From Enhygromyxa salina (GTDB lineage: Bacteria; Myxococcota_A; Polyangia; Nannocystales; Nannocystaceae): a DNA stretch of 54,364 bases. Of the stretch, positions 15,902 to 25,910 are shown one piece after another. A program made the position numbers and the translations under genes. Position 1 is the stretch's first letter, and every line of letters starts with the position of its first letter. The stretch spans positions 146,055 through 200,418 of the forward strand of contig NZ_PVNL01000139.1 in assembly GCF_002994635.1 (NCBI RefSeq). The letters are read 5' to 3'. The notes under the pieces were generated by a model that saw only the letters and a list, made by a program, of their open reading frames with translations, had not been told where the DNA came from and did no database searches.

Positions 15902-17837
15902 TCGCACCTCGAATCTCCGCCGCCTGCTGCGGCCCGTGCTCGCGCCAGTCGCGGCCTTGGCAACCCTCTACGGGGGCTTTTGGCTGGCTGGCGACGCGAT
16001 CGCGGGTGACGGCTCGGGCACCGAGAGCGCCCGGCCCGGCAAGCGCAGCAAAGACGCGAACATCATCCCGATCGACGACATCAAGCCCGGCATGAAGGGC
16101 TACGCGCTGACGGTGTTCGAGGGCGAGGTCCCCGACAAGTTCGAGATCGAGGTCGTCGACGTGGTCCGCGACTACGTCACCGGGCAAGACGCCGTCCTGT
16201 TTCGCTCGCCGGATCCACGCCTGGTTCACACCGGGATCGTCGGCGGCATGTCCGGCAGCCCGATCTACATTCAAGACAAGCTCGCGGGCGCGCTCGCCTA
16301 CGGCTACCGGTTCGGCAAGGACCCGCTCGGCGGCATGACCCCGATCGAGAACATGCTCGAGGTCGCGGATCTACCCTATCGGCCCGAGGTGTTCCCCAAG
16401 ACCGCGCGCGCGAGCGGCCGGACCGGGACCGCGGCGTGGGCCGATCAAATGCTCGCGCTCGGGACCGATCAGCTGCCCGCGCGCCAGGTCCCCGAGCAGA
16501 TCCCGGGGCCCAACGGCATGCCCTCGGGCGGTCTTGCGCCGATCGGCGCGCCGATGTCGGTCGCCGGGCTCAGCCCGCACGCTGCGCAATTCTTGGCCGA
16601 CGCGACCGGCCTGGTCCCGGTGCTCGGCGGCGGCTCCATGCGCTCGGCGCCGTCTTCGGGACAAGAAGCCAGCGCCGGTACCCGCCACAAGTGGACCCCG
16701 GGCGACTCGGTCTCGGTCGTGCTGATCGCCGGGGACAACGGCGCCGCGCCCAACGGCACGGTCACGTGGGTCGGCGGCGCCCAGCAAGAAAAATTACTCG
16801 CGTTCGGCCACCCCATGTACGGCGAGGGGCCGTCCAAGTACCCGATCGCCAACGGCCACGTGCACACGATCCTCGCCAGCGTCGAGCGCTCGGTCAAGCT
16901 GTCGAGCCCGCGCGACATCCAGGGCACCATGATCCAGGATCGCCAGCCGGCGATCTCGCTGCGGACGGACATCCACACCCCGATGATCCCGGTCACGACC
17001 AGCGTGACCGGCCCCGATCCCGAGTTCAAGACCCGCAGCTACCACAGCGCCGTCGCCGACTCCGAGGTGCTCACGCCGCCGCTGGTCACCACCTTGATGC
17101 TCGACGCGATCGAGGAGGCCGGCAGCGACGCGGTCGAGGTCGTGCTCGAGACCCGGCACGAGATCCTGCTCGAGACCTCGCAGGGTCCGCGCACGCTCGT
17201 GCTCGACGAAGAGACCTACTACCCGCGCGGGATCGTGCGCGGGCTCGCGGCCCGCAGCCGCGCGCTGCTGATCATGATGGCCGCGCTCGACAACCCGTTC
17301 GAGCTCGCCAGCATCAAGTCGGTCAAGCAGAGCGCGGTCGTGCACTACGGCGCCGAGGTCGAGACCATCGATCGGATCCGCATCACCAATGAGGTGGTCC
17401 GCGCGGGCGACCTGCTCGAGATCCTCGTCGACCTCAAGCCCCCGCGCGGGCCCACGCGAACCCAGACCGTCAGCGTGCGGATCCCCGCCGACGCCGGCGG
17501 GGAGCGGGTCGTGCTCGAGCTCGGCGGCGGCGAGTGGATCACGCCCTACGCCCCGCTGCCCGGCAACCTCGACGACCTGCTCGACAACCTGGCCGCGAGC
17601 TACCCGGCGCGCAGCATCATCGGCACGATCTATCGCCCCGGCGAGGGCCTCGCGACCGAGCATGGCCTGGTTCAAGAGCTGCCCGAGAGCGTGCTGCAGA
17701 CCCTCAGCCCGGGTGGCAGCAACCGCAAGGCTGTCCACTTCAAGCAGGCCGCGCGGCGGGTGATCCGAACCAACTCGATCATCCGGGGCGAGGCCAGCCT
17801 GGAGATCGACGTGCGGCCCGCCAAGGCGATCGACTGA
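15885..17837 (+). CDS. peptidase S55 (SpoIVB-like serine peptidase) family protein
   Basis: N-terminal TM/signal (LRPVLAPVAALATLYGGFWLA); GMSGSPIY matches the GxSGSP catalytic-serine motif of SpoIVB-type peptidases; ATG at 15885 overlaps the upstream gene end by 17 nt. Confidence 0.6.
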   Translation: MATSPDRTSNLRRLLRPVLAPVAALATLYGGFWLAGDAIAGDGSGTESARPGKRSKDANIIPIDDIKPGMKGYALTVFEGEVPDKFEIEVVDVVRDYVTGQDAVLFRSPDPRLVHTGIVGGMSGSPIYIQDKLAGALAYGYRFGKDPLGGMTPIENMLEVADLPYRPEVFPKTARASGRTGTAAWADQMLALGTDQLPARQVPEQIPGPNGMPSGGLAPIGAPMSVAGLSPHAAQFLADATGLVPVLGGGSMRSAPSSGQEASAGTRHKWTPGDSVSVVLIAGDNGAAPNGTVTWVGGAQQEKLLAFGHPMYGEGPSKYPIANGHVHTILASVERSVKLSSPRDIQGTMIQDRQPAISLRTDIHTPMIPVTTSVTGPDPEFKTRSYHSAVADSEVLTPPLVTTLMLDAIEEAGSDAVEVVLETRHEILLETSQGPRTLVLDEETYYPRGIVRGLAARSRALLIMMAALDNPFELASIKSVKQSAVVHYGAEVETIDRIRITNEVVRAGDLLEILVDLKPPRGPTRTQTVSVRIPADAGGERVVLELGGGEWITPYAPLPGNLDDLLDNLAASYPARSIIGTIYRPGEGLATEHGLVQELPESVLQTLSPGGSNRKAVHFKQAARRVIRTNSIIRGEASLEIDVRPAKAID

Positions 17838-17844
17838 GCTCCCG

Positions 17845-19944
17845 ATGACCAAATCCAAGTGGTTCCCTCGTAGTTTGTTGTGCGCCTCGCTGATCCTCGC
17901 TGCTGGCTCAGCACAGGCCGGCGGCACCAAGACCCACAAGCTCGACGAGTTCGACGAGTTCGACGACGGTGAGGTCGTCGGCGCCGCGATCGAGACCAGC
18001 GGCCGGGTCACCCGGGGCTACGCCAGCGAGCGCGCCGATCTCGAGCTCAGCTCCGCGTTCACCTGCGTGACCGACGGCAAGCAAGCCTGGGTCGGGACCG
18101 CAGACAACGCCACGATCCAGCAGGTTGACCTGCGCGGCGGGACCCCGGCCGTCAAGCAGCTCGTCGAGCTCGAGGGCGTGGTCGTCAGCGCGATCGCCCG
18201 GCTGCCCAGCCAGGATCTCGTCGTCGCCGTGCTCCCTGGTTCCAAGCTGCTGCGGGTCGACAAGAACGGCGAGGTCAGCGACTTCGCCGAGCTCAAGGAC
18301 GTCGAGCAGATCTGGGCGATCGTCCCCCACAAGGGCAAGCTGCTGGTTGCGACCGGTCCCAAGGGCGAGCTGTGGTCGGTCGGCACCGACGGCAAGGACC
18401 CGAAGGTCGTGCTCGACGTGCCCGAGAAAGACATCTTGTCGGTGCTCGCCGTCGGCGACGAGATCCTAGTTGGGACCTCGCCCAAGTCGCGGCTGTACAA
18501 GCTGGACGCCGCGCTCGAGGGCGTGCTGCTCCACGAGTTCAAGGGCGATGAGATCCGCGCGCTCGCGCTGTCCGGCTCCACGGTGATCGCCGCCGTCAAC
18601 AAGTTCGAGGATCGCAGCGTGTCGAGCCGCGTGGCCCTGACCAAGCAGCTCAACCGCTCGAGCCTGACCGGCGAGAAGCCCGAGGACAACAACACCGCCC
18701 GGTCCCGCGCCGACGCCGACGCCGAGCTGTGGGCCGTGGACCTGGGCAGCAAGCGCGACGTGCTGCGTGCCCAGGACGCGGCGTGGGACAAGTGGTTCGC
18801 CAAGGGCTCGCAGTACTTCATTGATCTGATCGCGCTCGACGACAGCGGCACCGTGCTCGCGGCCAGCTCCGAGGGCGGCAGGATCTATCGGGCCCGCGGG
18901 CGCCGAGACGTCTCGATCGTCGCGGATCTCGAGGAGCGCCAGGCGACCAGCATGTGCCGGACCGACAGCGGCGACATCCTCGCAACCGCCAGCGACGGCG
19001 CGGCCGTGTACCTGCTCTCGCCCAAGGCCGCCAACGCCAAGACCAAGCCGCGCTGGGTGTCCGAGGTGCTCGACGCCGATCACCCCGCCCGCTACGGCAG
19101 CTTCGCGCTCGAGGGCAAGGGCAAGCTCGAGCTGCGCGTGCGCTCGGGGCCGACCGAGGAGGTCGATGATCGCTGGAGCGCCTGGAAGCCCGTCAAGCTG
19201 GCCAGCGAGAACGGTGAGCTGCGTGGGTCCACGGATCTGCCGCAGCGTCGCTACCTGCAGGTCGAGGTCGCGCTTGGGGACGACAGCGCCGAGCTCAGCT
19301 CGATCACTGCCTTTTACGCGCCCGAGAACCTCGCGCCGCTGGTGGAGGAGATCGACGTCAAGATGCCGAGCGTGAGCAGCAGCAGCGACGAAGAGCCCGA
19401 TCCCACGATCACGATCGAGTGGGACGCCGAGGCCCGCGATGATGACGACCTGCTGTACGAGGTTGCGATCCGGCGCACCGGGACCGGGGATGACGCCTGG
19501 GTCAGGCTCAACAAGGACGGGCCGCTCACCAAGAAGGAGATCAAGCTCGACCTCGATACCCTGGCTGACGGGATCTATGAGGTCCAGGTGATCGCCAGCG
19601 ACGAGCCCAGCAACGGCGCTGGCGCGGCGGCGCGGGACTCGTTGATCTCCGAGCCGTTCGTGATCGACCGACGTCGGCCGACGCTGGAGAACGTGCGCGC
19701 CAACGCGGGGCGGATCACCGGGGTCGCCAAGGACCAGGGGAGCTACGTGCGCGACGTGGCGTTCTCGATCGACGGTGGGGCGTTTCGGTCGGCCTCGGCG
19801 AGCGATGGGCTGTATGACTCGAGCACTGAGCAGTTCGAGCTGGTCCTGCCGAGCGAGCTTGGGCCCGGGCTGCACCGCGTGGTCGTGCGCGCGCGAGACG
19901 TGCGGGGCAACCTCACGACCGTGGCGCTCGAAGTCGGCGGCTGA
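17845..19944 (+). CDS. secreted hypothetical protein (signal peptide, repetitive beta-rich body); its 3' end is the duplicated integration site of the downstream island
   Basis: Signal MTKSKWFPRSLLCASLILAAGSAQA; no catalytic motifs recognised; last about 40 codons are duplicated at 30310-30428. Confidence 0.6.
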   Translation: MTKSKWFPRSLLCASLILAAGSAQAGGTKTHKLDEFDEFDDGEVVGAAIETSGRVTRGYASERADLELSSAFTCVTDGKQAWVGTADNATIQQVDLRGGTPAVKQLVELEGVVVSAIARLPSQDLVVAVLPGSKLLRVDKNGEVSDFAELKDVEQIWAIVPHKGKLLVATGPKGELWSVGTDGKDPKVVLDVPEKDILSVLAVGDEILVGTSPKSRLYKLDAALEGVLLHEFKGDEIRALALSGSTVIAAVNKFEDRSVSSRVALTKQLNRSSLTGEKPEDNNTARSRADADAELWAVDLGSKRDVLRAQDAAWDKWFAKGSQYFIDLIALDDSGTVLAASSEGGRIYRARGRRDVSIVADLEERQATSMCRTDSGDILATASDGAAVYLLSPKAANAKTKPRWVSEVLDADHPARYGSFALEGKGKLELRVRSGPTEEVDDRWSAWKPVKLASENGELRGSTDLPQRRYLQVEVALGDDSAELSSITAFYAPENLAPLVEEIDVKMPSVSSSSDEEPDPTITIEWDAEARDDDDLLYEVAIRRTGTGDDAWVRLNKDGPLTKKEIKLDLDTLADGIYEVQVIASDEPSNGAGAAARDSLISEPFVIDRRRPTLENVRANAGRITGVAKDQGSYVRDVAFSIDGGAFRSASASDGLYDSSTEQFELVLPSELGPGLHRVVVRARDVRGNLTTVALEVGG

Positions 19945-19946
19945 GC
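19828..19946 (+). repeat. left copy of 119-bp direct repeat (about 96% identical to 30310-30428); attL-like island boundary formed by the 3' end of gene 17845..19944
   Basis: Direct alignment of both copies: 5 mismatches in 119 bp; both end in ...GAAGTCGGCGGCTGAGC. Confidence 0.85.
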
Positions 19947-20059
19947 GCTCGAACCTGGCCGCGCCCTCGCTGACGCCGCTGGGGTTCGTGCCGCCTGCGG
20001 AGTACGACACTAGCTTGGCCTCGTGACGTCCGCCCGTGGTGTTCACCACGGCCATGAGA

Positions 20060-21244
20060 TCATCGTTCGGTGGTCGCCTGTACACGTGCCACCAGTCGCT
20101 CGCCCGCCTCCTCCCAGCCCTGAAGGGTGTCCGAATCGGTCGCTAGCTCGACCAAGTGGACCGTGATCCGCGAGCCGTCGACGTTGCGGTATCGGAACGG
20201 CCGGAGGTCGCTCAGCATCCCCTTGGGGAACACCAGCACGGCCTGTCGCGCGCCGGTCATCCAGCAGTAGGTCAGCGTCTGTTGGAGGTTCGCCGACGCG
20301 GGGGTGGTCTTGTACTTGGCGTCGACGATCACGGGGCGGTCACCGTCGCAGCGCTCGAGCAATACGTCGATCTCCATGCTGCCCCCGTGGACCGAGGCGT
20401 CCACCGGGCCGCGTCGGTACGGGAGCTGAACCTTCGCGCGCGCGCCGGGCAATGACCGGGTGAGCGCGCGGGCGACCGAGCGCTCGAACAAGTTGGCGAG
20501 GTTGATCAGAAACGAGAGCCCGCGGACGCCCGTGCCCTCTGTCAGGCCGTGGGCGTGAGCCAGCAACAGGGCCAGGGCGACGCTCGGCTCGAACGGACGC
20601 TCGAGTCGGGTCAAGGGCAGCTTGCCGCTGACCAGCGCAGGTTCGACGCGGGGCTGGACCTCGGCGAACAGCGCGGTCAGGGGACCGAGGGCCGGCCCTG
20701 CGGCGGCGCGCATGACGGACACTCGTTGGATCGACGCCAGCGCGGCCGCGAGCAGCCCGTTCAAAGGCGTGTTCGGGAGCCTCGAGAACACGATGCAGGG
20801 GACTTGGGCCAGGTTCGCGCCCATCCGAGACATCCGGGCGAAGTCGATACGACCGCGTACGACCGACGAGACCTGCTCTTGCCGGCGATAGTGGCGGAGC
20901 AGCCCCGTCGCCTGGATCGCGCGACTCAGCTCGTCGCAGAACACCCGCGCGAGCGCGGCCGCGACGTCGCCCTGTTCACCGCCGTGGTCGCTGCGACTCA
21001 CGTGCCGCAGAGCCGACAGCTCCGGGTAGGCATAGGCGGCCCAAGTTAGCAGACACGCGAGCGGAGCCTTGCGCGAGCGTATGCACAGGGTCGATCCATC
21101 CGGCATGCGCAGCGAGCCTGCGACCCGCACGATTCGCATGCCATCGGCGCTGACCCCAAAGTTCCCACCCAGCAGTCGCCCGAGGTGACTGGCATGCTCT
21201 GGCGACGCAGCGAAGGGCTCGTTCTCGTAGACGACCCGAACCAT
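20060..21244 (-). CDS. mcrC: McrC-like endonuclease subunit (PD-(D/E)xK) of an McrBC-type modification-dependent restriction module
   Basis: C-terminal nuclease motif PVIVDAKYK (PD...D-A-K) typical of McrC; ATG at 21244 overlaps the McrB stop (TGATG); in-frame TTG at 21247 is an alternative start. Confidence 0.75.
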   Translation of the reverse strand: MVRVVYENEPFAASPEHASHLGRLLGGNFGVSADGMRIVRVAGSLRMPDGSTLCIRSRKAPLACLLTWAAYAYPELSALRHVSRSDHGGEQGDVAAALARVFCDELSRAIQATGLLRHYRRQEQVSSVVRGRIDFARMSRMGANLAQVPCIVFSRLPNTPLNGLLAAALASIQRVSVMRAAAGPALGPLTALFAEVQPRVEPALVSGKLPLTRLERPFEPSVALALLLAHAHGLTEGTGVRGLSFLINLANLFERSVARALTRSLPGARAKVQLPYRRGPVDASVHGGSMEIDVLLERCDGDRPVIVDAKYKTTPASANLQQTLTYCWMTGARQAVLVFPKGMLSDLRPFRYRNVDGSRITVHLVELATDSDTLQGWEEAGERLVARVQATTER

Positions 21245-22965
21245 CAAGGCTCCGCCACCTGGCCCTCCTCGAGCTCGTCATCCTCGTCTTGGAGGGTCTG
21301 GCGGTCGGAGAGCTCGCGCGAGACGATCGCCCGCCAGATTCCGTCGGCCTCGGCCAAGGCCTGCTCGTCACCGAAGAAGTACTCCTCGAGCAGCGGCCGG
21401 ATGTCCATCGCCCATAGCTGCCCGAACGGGTCGCCGTCCTCGACCAGCGCTGGGGACAGGAAGTAGCTGTGGCCGATCTGATGGTCCCGGTCGAGACGCT
21501 TGGCGATCCACTGGTTGAACGCATCGAGGATGCCCGGACCCACTTCGGCGATCAGCCCGGGCACACGGGCCGCCCCAACGACCTCTGGGTTGGGGTCGAC
21601 GCGGACGAACCCGAACCGACGACGCAGTGCGTAGTCGACCAACGCCACGCTGCGATCGACCGAGTTCATCGTGCCGATCACCACGAGGTTGGGCGGAACG
21701 ACCAGCTTGCCCCCGAGCGCGAGGGTCACGGACTCACCACGGTACTCGAGCGCGTAGAGCAGCTCGCCAAAGATCCGCGCTGGGTCACCACGGTTGATCT
21801 CGTCGATCACCAGCACGTAAAAATTGTCGGGGTCCTCGCCCGCCGCCTCGGCGATCTGCACGAACGGCCCCTTGGTCTGCTCGTAGCGCAGCGTGGTCTG
21901 CTTGATGTCTGGACGCAGGCCCTGGATGAAGTCCTCGTAGGCGTAGCTGGGGTGGAACTGGACCAGGCGAAACCGTCCGTCCTCGTCGGCCGCGTCCTCG
22001 CCTGTGAGCGCGCGAGCGACCTGCTTGGCGACGTGGGTCTTGCCGGTGCCGGGTGGGCCGTAGAAGATCAGGTTGCGGGGCGGGGCGAGGTCCGGGGACG
22101 CGCCGAGCTGAGGGGCGAGACGGAGGGTCAGGGCGTCGTGGATGGGCTTGCCGAGCTTGGGCCGGAGGCGTTGCCAGGTGTCGAGCACCCGATGGGCGGG
22201 GGCATTGGCGGTCGGTGGCGGCCACACGGGGGCGCCTCCACTCCCGTCGGCCCGCACCTTGGCGCTGGCGGGCGCAAACCCGTTGGGATCCCAGCCGTCG
22301 CGCTCTTGCTCGAGGTGCAGGCGCCCGGCAGGAGTGATCTTCCACTGGCCGGTCTGGGGGTTCTCGGCGAGCCCTCGCTTCCCGAGGTTCGAGAGCGCCC
22401 AGGCGGCTCGGAACTCGAACACCCGGACACCGCCAGGCATGAGACGAAGGTCGCCCGGTCGGAGTCGGTCGCCGAGGTGTCGCTCGACGCGCTCGAGGAT
22501 CTCCCCGCGATCGGTGAGGTTGAGGGCCAGCGCTTCGAGTATGGGGACCTCATAGGCTTTGAATGCCGTGACCTCGACGGTGTCGGTCTGGACCTTGCGC
22601 GCGATTGGCTCGGTGGCCTCGGGGATGGCGAGGTCGACGGAGAGTGGATCGCTCTCGTGAGCACGGGCGTGGGCACGGCCGAGCTCGGTGAGCTCCCACC
22701 AGCCGTACTCGCCGACGATGAGGCCTGCGTGCTTGAGGTCGTGTCGAGCCCAACCGAATCGGTTCTTTGACTCGAGGTAGTCGAGCTGCCCCTCGGTGAG
22801 CTCTCCCGCCAAGAGCTCTCGGATCCTGATCACGACCCTCTGCTTGCGAGCACGGCCGCCGAGCTGGCTCAGCGCACGTGTGACCGGGACGAAGAATGGG
22901 CGGTGGGAGCTCGAGGTCGCAGCCAAGCTCGCTTCGGCCGCTTCGAGGGTGGGGTCGTTGGTCAT
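21244..22965 (-). CDS. mcrB: McrB-like AAA+ GTPase subunit with N-terminal tandem Mrr_N-like winged-helix (DNA-reader) domains
   Basis: Walker A NLIFYGPPGTGKTH; Walker B/McrB box FYVLVIDEINRGDPARIFGELLYALEYR; McrB signature IGTMNSVDRSVALVDYALRRRF (the MNTADRS motif); N-terminal repeats resembling Mrr N-terminal wHTH (GWARHDLKHAGLI..., ...WALSNLGKRGLAE...WKITPAGR); ATG overlaps helicase stop (ATGA). Confidence 0.85.
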   Translation of the reverse strand: MTNDPTLEAAEASLAATSSSHRPFFVPVTRALSQLGGRARKQRVVIRIRELLAGELTEGQLDYLESKNRFGWARHDLKHAGLIVGEYGWWELTELGRAHARAHESDPLSVDLAIPEATEPIARKVQTDTVEVTAFKAYEVPILEALALNLTDRGEILERVERHLGDRLRPGDLRLMPGGVRVFEFRAAWALSNLGKRGLAENPQTGQWKITPAGRLHLEQERDGWDPNGFAPASAKVRADGSGGAPVWPPPTANAPAHRVLDTWQRLRPKLGKPIHDALTLRLAPQLGASPDLAPPRNLIFYGPPGTGKTHVAKQVARALTGEDAADEDGRFRLVQFHPSYAYEDFIQGLRPDIKQTTLRYEQTKGPFVQIAEAAGEDPDNFYVLVIDEINRGDPARIFGELLYALEYRGESVTLALGGKLVVPPNLVVIGTMNSVDRSVALVDYALRRRFGFVRVDPNPEVVGAARVPGLIAEVGPGILDAFNQWIAKRLDRDHQIGHSYFLSPALVEDGDPFGQLWAMDIRPLLEEYFFGDEQALAEADGIWRAIVSRELSDRQTLQDEDDELEEGQVAEP

Positions 22966-25910
22966 GATGCGGCCGTCAACGTACGAGGCCCGGGCCCGAG
23001 ATCAATCGCGAGCGACTCCGCCAACCGCGACGGCAGCTCCGGAGGCTCGACATCGTGAAGTTCGTACTCGTTGAACTGAGGTTGGGCGCCGAGCAAGAAC
23101 TCGAGCCACTTCTCGCGTAGCTTCACCGTGCGGAACATGCGTTCGTCGATGGTCCCCCTGATCACCGGGTAGAGTACATCGAGCTTCGCGTCCGGCGTCT
23201 CGCTACGGACGCGAACGAGCTTGGATCCGAGTCGGTCGATCCGGCCGATTCGTTGCTCAATCTGCGCCGGGTTCCAGACGAGGTCATGGTGGACCACGCG
23301 ACGACAATGTCGATGGAGGTCGAGGCCCTCTTGCATGACTTCGTTCGCGACCAGGACCATTGGAAACAGCGGGGTGTTGAAGGCCTCGCGCAGGCGATCG
23401 CGCCCCTCGGGGCTCTTGGTGTGTCGGACAAAGCTGCCCGACCGGATCGGTCCCTCGAGGATCATCGCCTGCTGCCGATCGTCCCGATCGATGAAGTACT
23501 CGAGGAAGCTCCGCACGAGCTCGAGCCAATGCCGGCCTTCGGGCAGCGTCCAATACTGATCGAGGAACGCCAAGCTCGGGGCGGAGTGGACAGGGTCGAC
23601 GGAGAGACCATGGTCAATGGCCGCGTGGAGGAACTCCGGCACGAACGGGACCTGTCGATAGGTGAGGTACCGGCTCAGCTGCTCGACGACGCGGACCCGC
23701 AGCTTCAGCGCCAGCCGATCCAAGAGCCCGGTCACCGACTCCCAGAGATTTCCGTGCTCTCCGATCACCAGGCGGGCAATCGATTCACTGACGGTCCAAG
23801 TGGGGCGCTGATCGCCTACCGAGTCATTCTCAAATTCGTCTTTCTCGAGATCGAGCCCGAGGGTCAGGAAGTCGGCGCGCAAGATGGCGTGGATCGCTTC
23901 CGGGTTTGCGGCCGCTGCGACCGGCCGACCGGCGTGTTCCCACAAGCGAACCGCAGCCTGCTCGACACATCGCTTGGCGACCTGGTAGCTGATGTCGCTC
24001 GCAGCGGAGCTTGCGACGGTCACCGACCGCAGGAGCCGATTCGCCTCCTCCGCGATCGGCCCAACGTTGACCAGGGCCCAGCCGGAGATCGGTACGACGG
24101 TGCGAAGGTATCGCTCGCGCAGCGCCAGGTATAGCGAATCCTGAGCTCGGTGAAACCGTTGCTGAAGTCGGGTGTGCTTGCCACGGACTCGGCTGGGGTC
24201 TTCGCCTTCACCCTTGCGGTCAAAGATCTCGTCGGCGGTCGCGCCGGGATAGACCCGCTGCCAGCGAGCGAGCATCCGCTGATCCCAAGCGGCTCGAATC
24301 TCGCGTCGCAGCTGCTCGAGGGTGGCGACACGCGAGCAGAAGATGAGGGTCTTCTCTCCGCCTTCGGCAGCCGTCAACGCGTCAGCGATCCCGAATTCGA
24401 GCTTGGGGTGGCTCTCTGCGCTGGCGTCGATGTGACCAAGCACGCTTTTGAGCAGCTCGCGGTAGACCTCGGCCTGCGGCGGCAGGGGGGTGCCTTCAGT
24501 CGTCATGATCGCGCCACCCGACGCGGCCGCATAGGAGGACACCATGTTGATCTCGACGGCGGCCTTGTGCGTGGGGCGGTGACGTCGAAACATCTCGGCG
24601 GTCAGGCGCTCGTAGATCAGGAAGGGCAAGACCGAGTCACCCTTGGCGTCGAGGGTCTTGGGCTGGTGGTCCCGGTACTGGCGCTTGTCCTCGCGCAGAC
24701 TGCGGATCATCCACTTGCGAAACCCGGGTTCGATGACGTCGTTCTTCAGTCGTCGGAGGTTCTTCACCTGCGCCAGCACGATCTGAAGGCTCTCATCCTC
24801 GGGTGCGTAGCGCTCCGGGTCAGCGTCGTAGTCGCGCGAGAACTCGGCCGCGACGAATGGTTCGAGGTTGGTCCAGGTGGTTTGAAACGCGTCGTAGGCG
24901 TGTTGGTACTCGCGGACTTTGGACAACAGGGCGTCGATCTCGTCGAGCAGGCCCCTCGGTGCTGACTTGGCCAAGCTAAACAGGCCGAAGACCTCGCGGA
25001 GCTCGCCGATGTCGAGCTGGAAGGGCGTCGCGGTCAGGAACACGGCCTTGTGAAAGCCGTTGTGGAAGATGGTTCTCATGCCCTGAGAGCGCAAAGAGCC
25101 CGAGTTCTTTAGCTTGTGGGCCTCGTCGACGATCAGCAGGTCGATGGCGGGGAGTAGGCGGCCGGCGAGGATGAAGCGCGCTCGATACAGGGCGTTGCGG
25201 ACGGCGTAGGGTCGTTCGAAGCCAGCCAGACCTTCGGCTTCATAGATGTCATCGAGTCCAGCCCAGCCTTTGCTGCCTTCACCCTCACCCTTCTTCCCTC
25301 GATGGAATGCCGACCGCAAGTGTCGCTCGAGATCTCCGAGACCGAAATGTCCGAGGAAGCGCTCGTGCGTGACGTCGACGCGCTCGTGCTTCCCCTCCCT
25401 GAACCTGGCCATGATCGCGTTCGCGGTCCTGCCGTGGAGACCCTTCCAGTGAAAGAACAAAGACAGCAGGTAGGTCTGTGCGCCTCCGCCCTTGCCCCCC
25501 TGGAACATGGTCACCGGAGAGACGACGATCGGGTGTTCACGAACCAGACGGATGAACCCCGAGAGGCTGGTCGCCGACTGCACCTCCCCCCCGAAGTCGT
25601 ACATCTGCTTGAAGCGCGCAAATTCTTCGACCCACTTCGTGTTGAGGTCGGGCCCGGGCGTGACGACGACGATCCGCGCCTTGGGCTTGCGATGTCGGAC
25701 GGCCGCGGCGAGGCCGAGCGCCTCGAAGGTCTTCCCCATCCCGACCTCGTCAGCCAAGATGACGCCCGGGCGATCTTCGAGCGTATGCAGGGCGCGAAGG
25801 ACAGTGTCCTCCTGCCGACGCACATCCCGAGACGGGATCCCGTCCTGCGCTCGCCGAGCGCCCAGCTGCAAGAAACACCGAAGCCAATCTAGGGTCGCCG
25901 TGTCAGTCAT
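22962..25910 (-). CDS. SNF2-family (SF2, DEAH-box) helicase/ATPase
   Basis: Motif I ILADEVGMGKTFEA, motif II LLIVDEAHKLKN, motif III FLTATPFQ, helicase-C motifs LVANEVMQEGLDLHRHCRRVVHHDLVWNPAQIEQRIGRIDRLG; ATG at 25910 overlaps the stop of the upstream PLD gene (ATGA); the 5' extension of the raw ORF (to 26627) is out-of-frame read-through. Confidence 0.85.
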   Translation of the reverse strand: MTDTATLDWLRCFLQLGARRAQDGIPSRDVRRQEDTVLRALHTLEDRPGVILADEVGMGKTFEALGLAAAVRHRKPKARIVVVTPGPDLNTKWVEEFARFKQMYDFGGEVQSATSLSGFIRLVREHPIVVSPVTMFQGGKGGGAQTYLLSLFFHWKGLHGRTANAIMARFREGKHERVDVTHERFLGHFGLGDLERHLRSAFHRGKKGEGEGSKGWAGLDDIYEAEGLAGFERPYAVRNALYRARFILAGRLLPAIDLLIVDEAHKLKNSGSLRSQGMRTIFHNGFHKAVFLTATPFQLDIGELREVFGLFSLAKSAPRGLLDEIDALLSKVREYQHAYDAFQTTWTNLEPFVAAEFSRDYDADPERYAPEDESLQIVLAQVKNLRRLKNDVIEPGFRKWMIRSLREDKRQYRDHQPKTLDAKGDSVLPFLIYERLTAEMFRRHRPTHKAAVEINMVSSYAAASGGAIMTTEGTPLPPQAEVYRELLKSVLGHIDASAESHPKLEFGIADALTAAEGGEKTLIFCSRVATLEQLRREIRAAWDQRMLARWQRVYPGATADEIFDRKGEGEDPSRVRGKHTRLQQRFHRAQDSLYLALRERYLRTVVPISGWALVNVGPIAEEANRLLRSVTVASSAASDISYQVAKRCVEQAAVRLWEHAGRPVAAAANPEAIHAILRADFLTLGLDLEKDEFENDSVGDQRPTWTVSESIARLVIGEHGNLWESVTGLLDRLALKLRVRVVEQLSRYLTYRQVPFVPEFLHAAIDHGLSVDPVHSAPSLAFLDQYWTLPEGRHWLELVRSFLEYFIDRDDRQQAMILEGPIRSGSFVRHTKSPEGRDRLREAFNTPLFPMVLVANEVMQEGLDLHRHCRRVVHHDLVWNPAQIEQRIGRIDRLGSKLVRVRSETPDAKLDVLYPVIRGTIDERMFRTVKLREKWLEFLLGAQPQFNEYELHDVEPPELPSRLAESLAIDLGPGPRTLTAAS

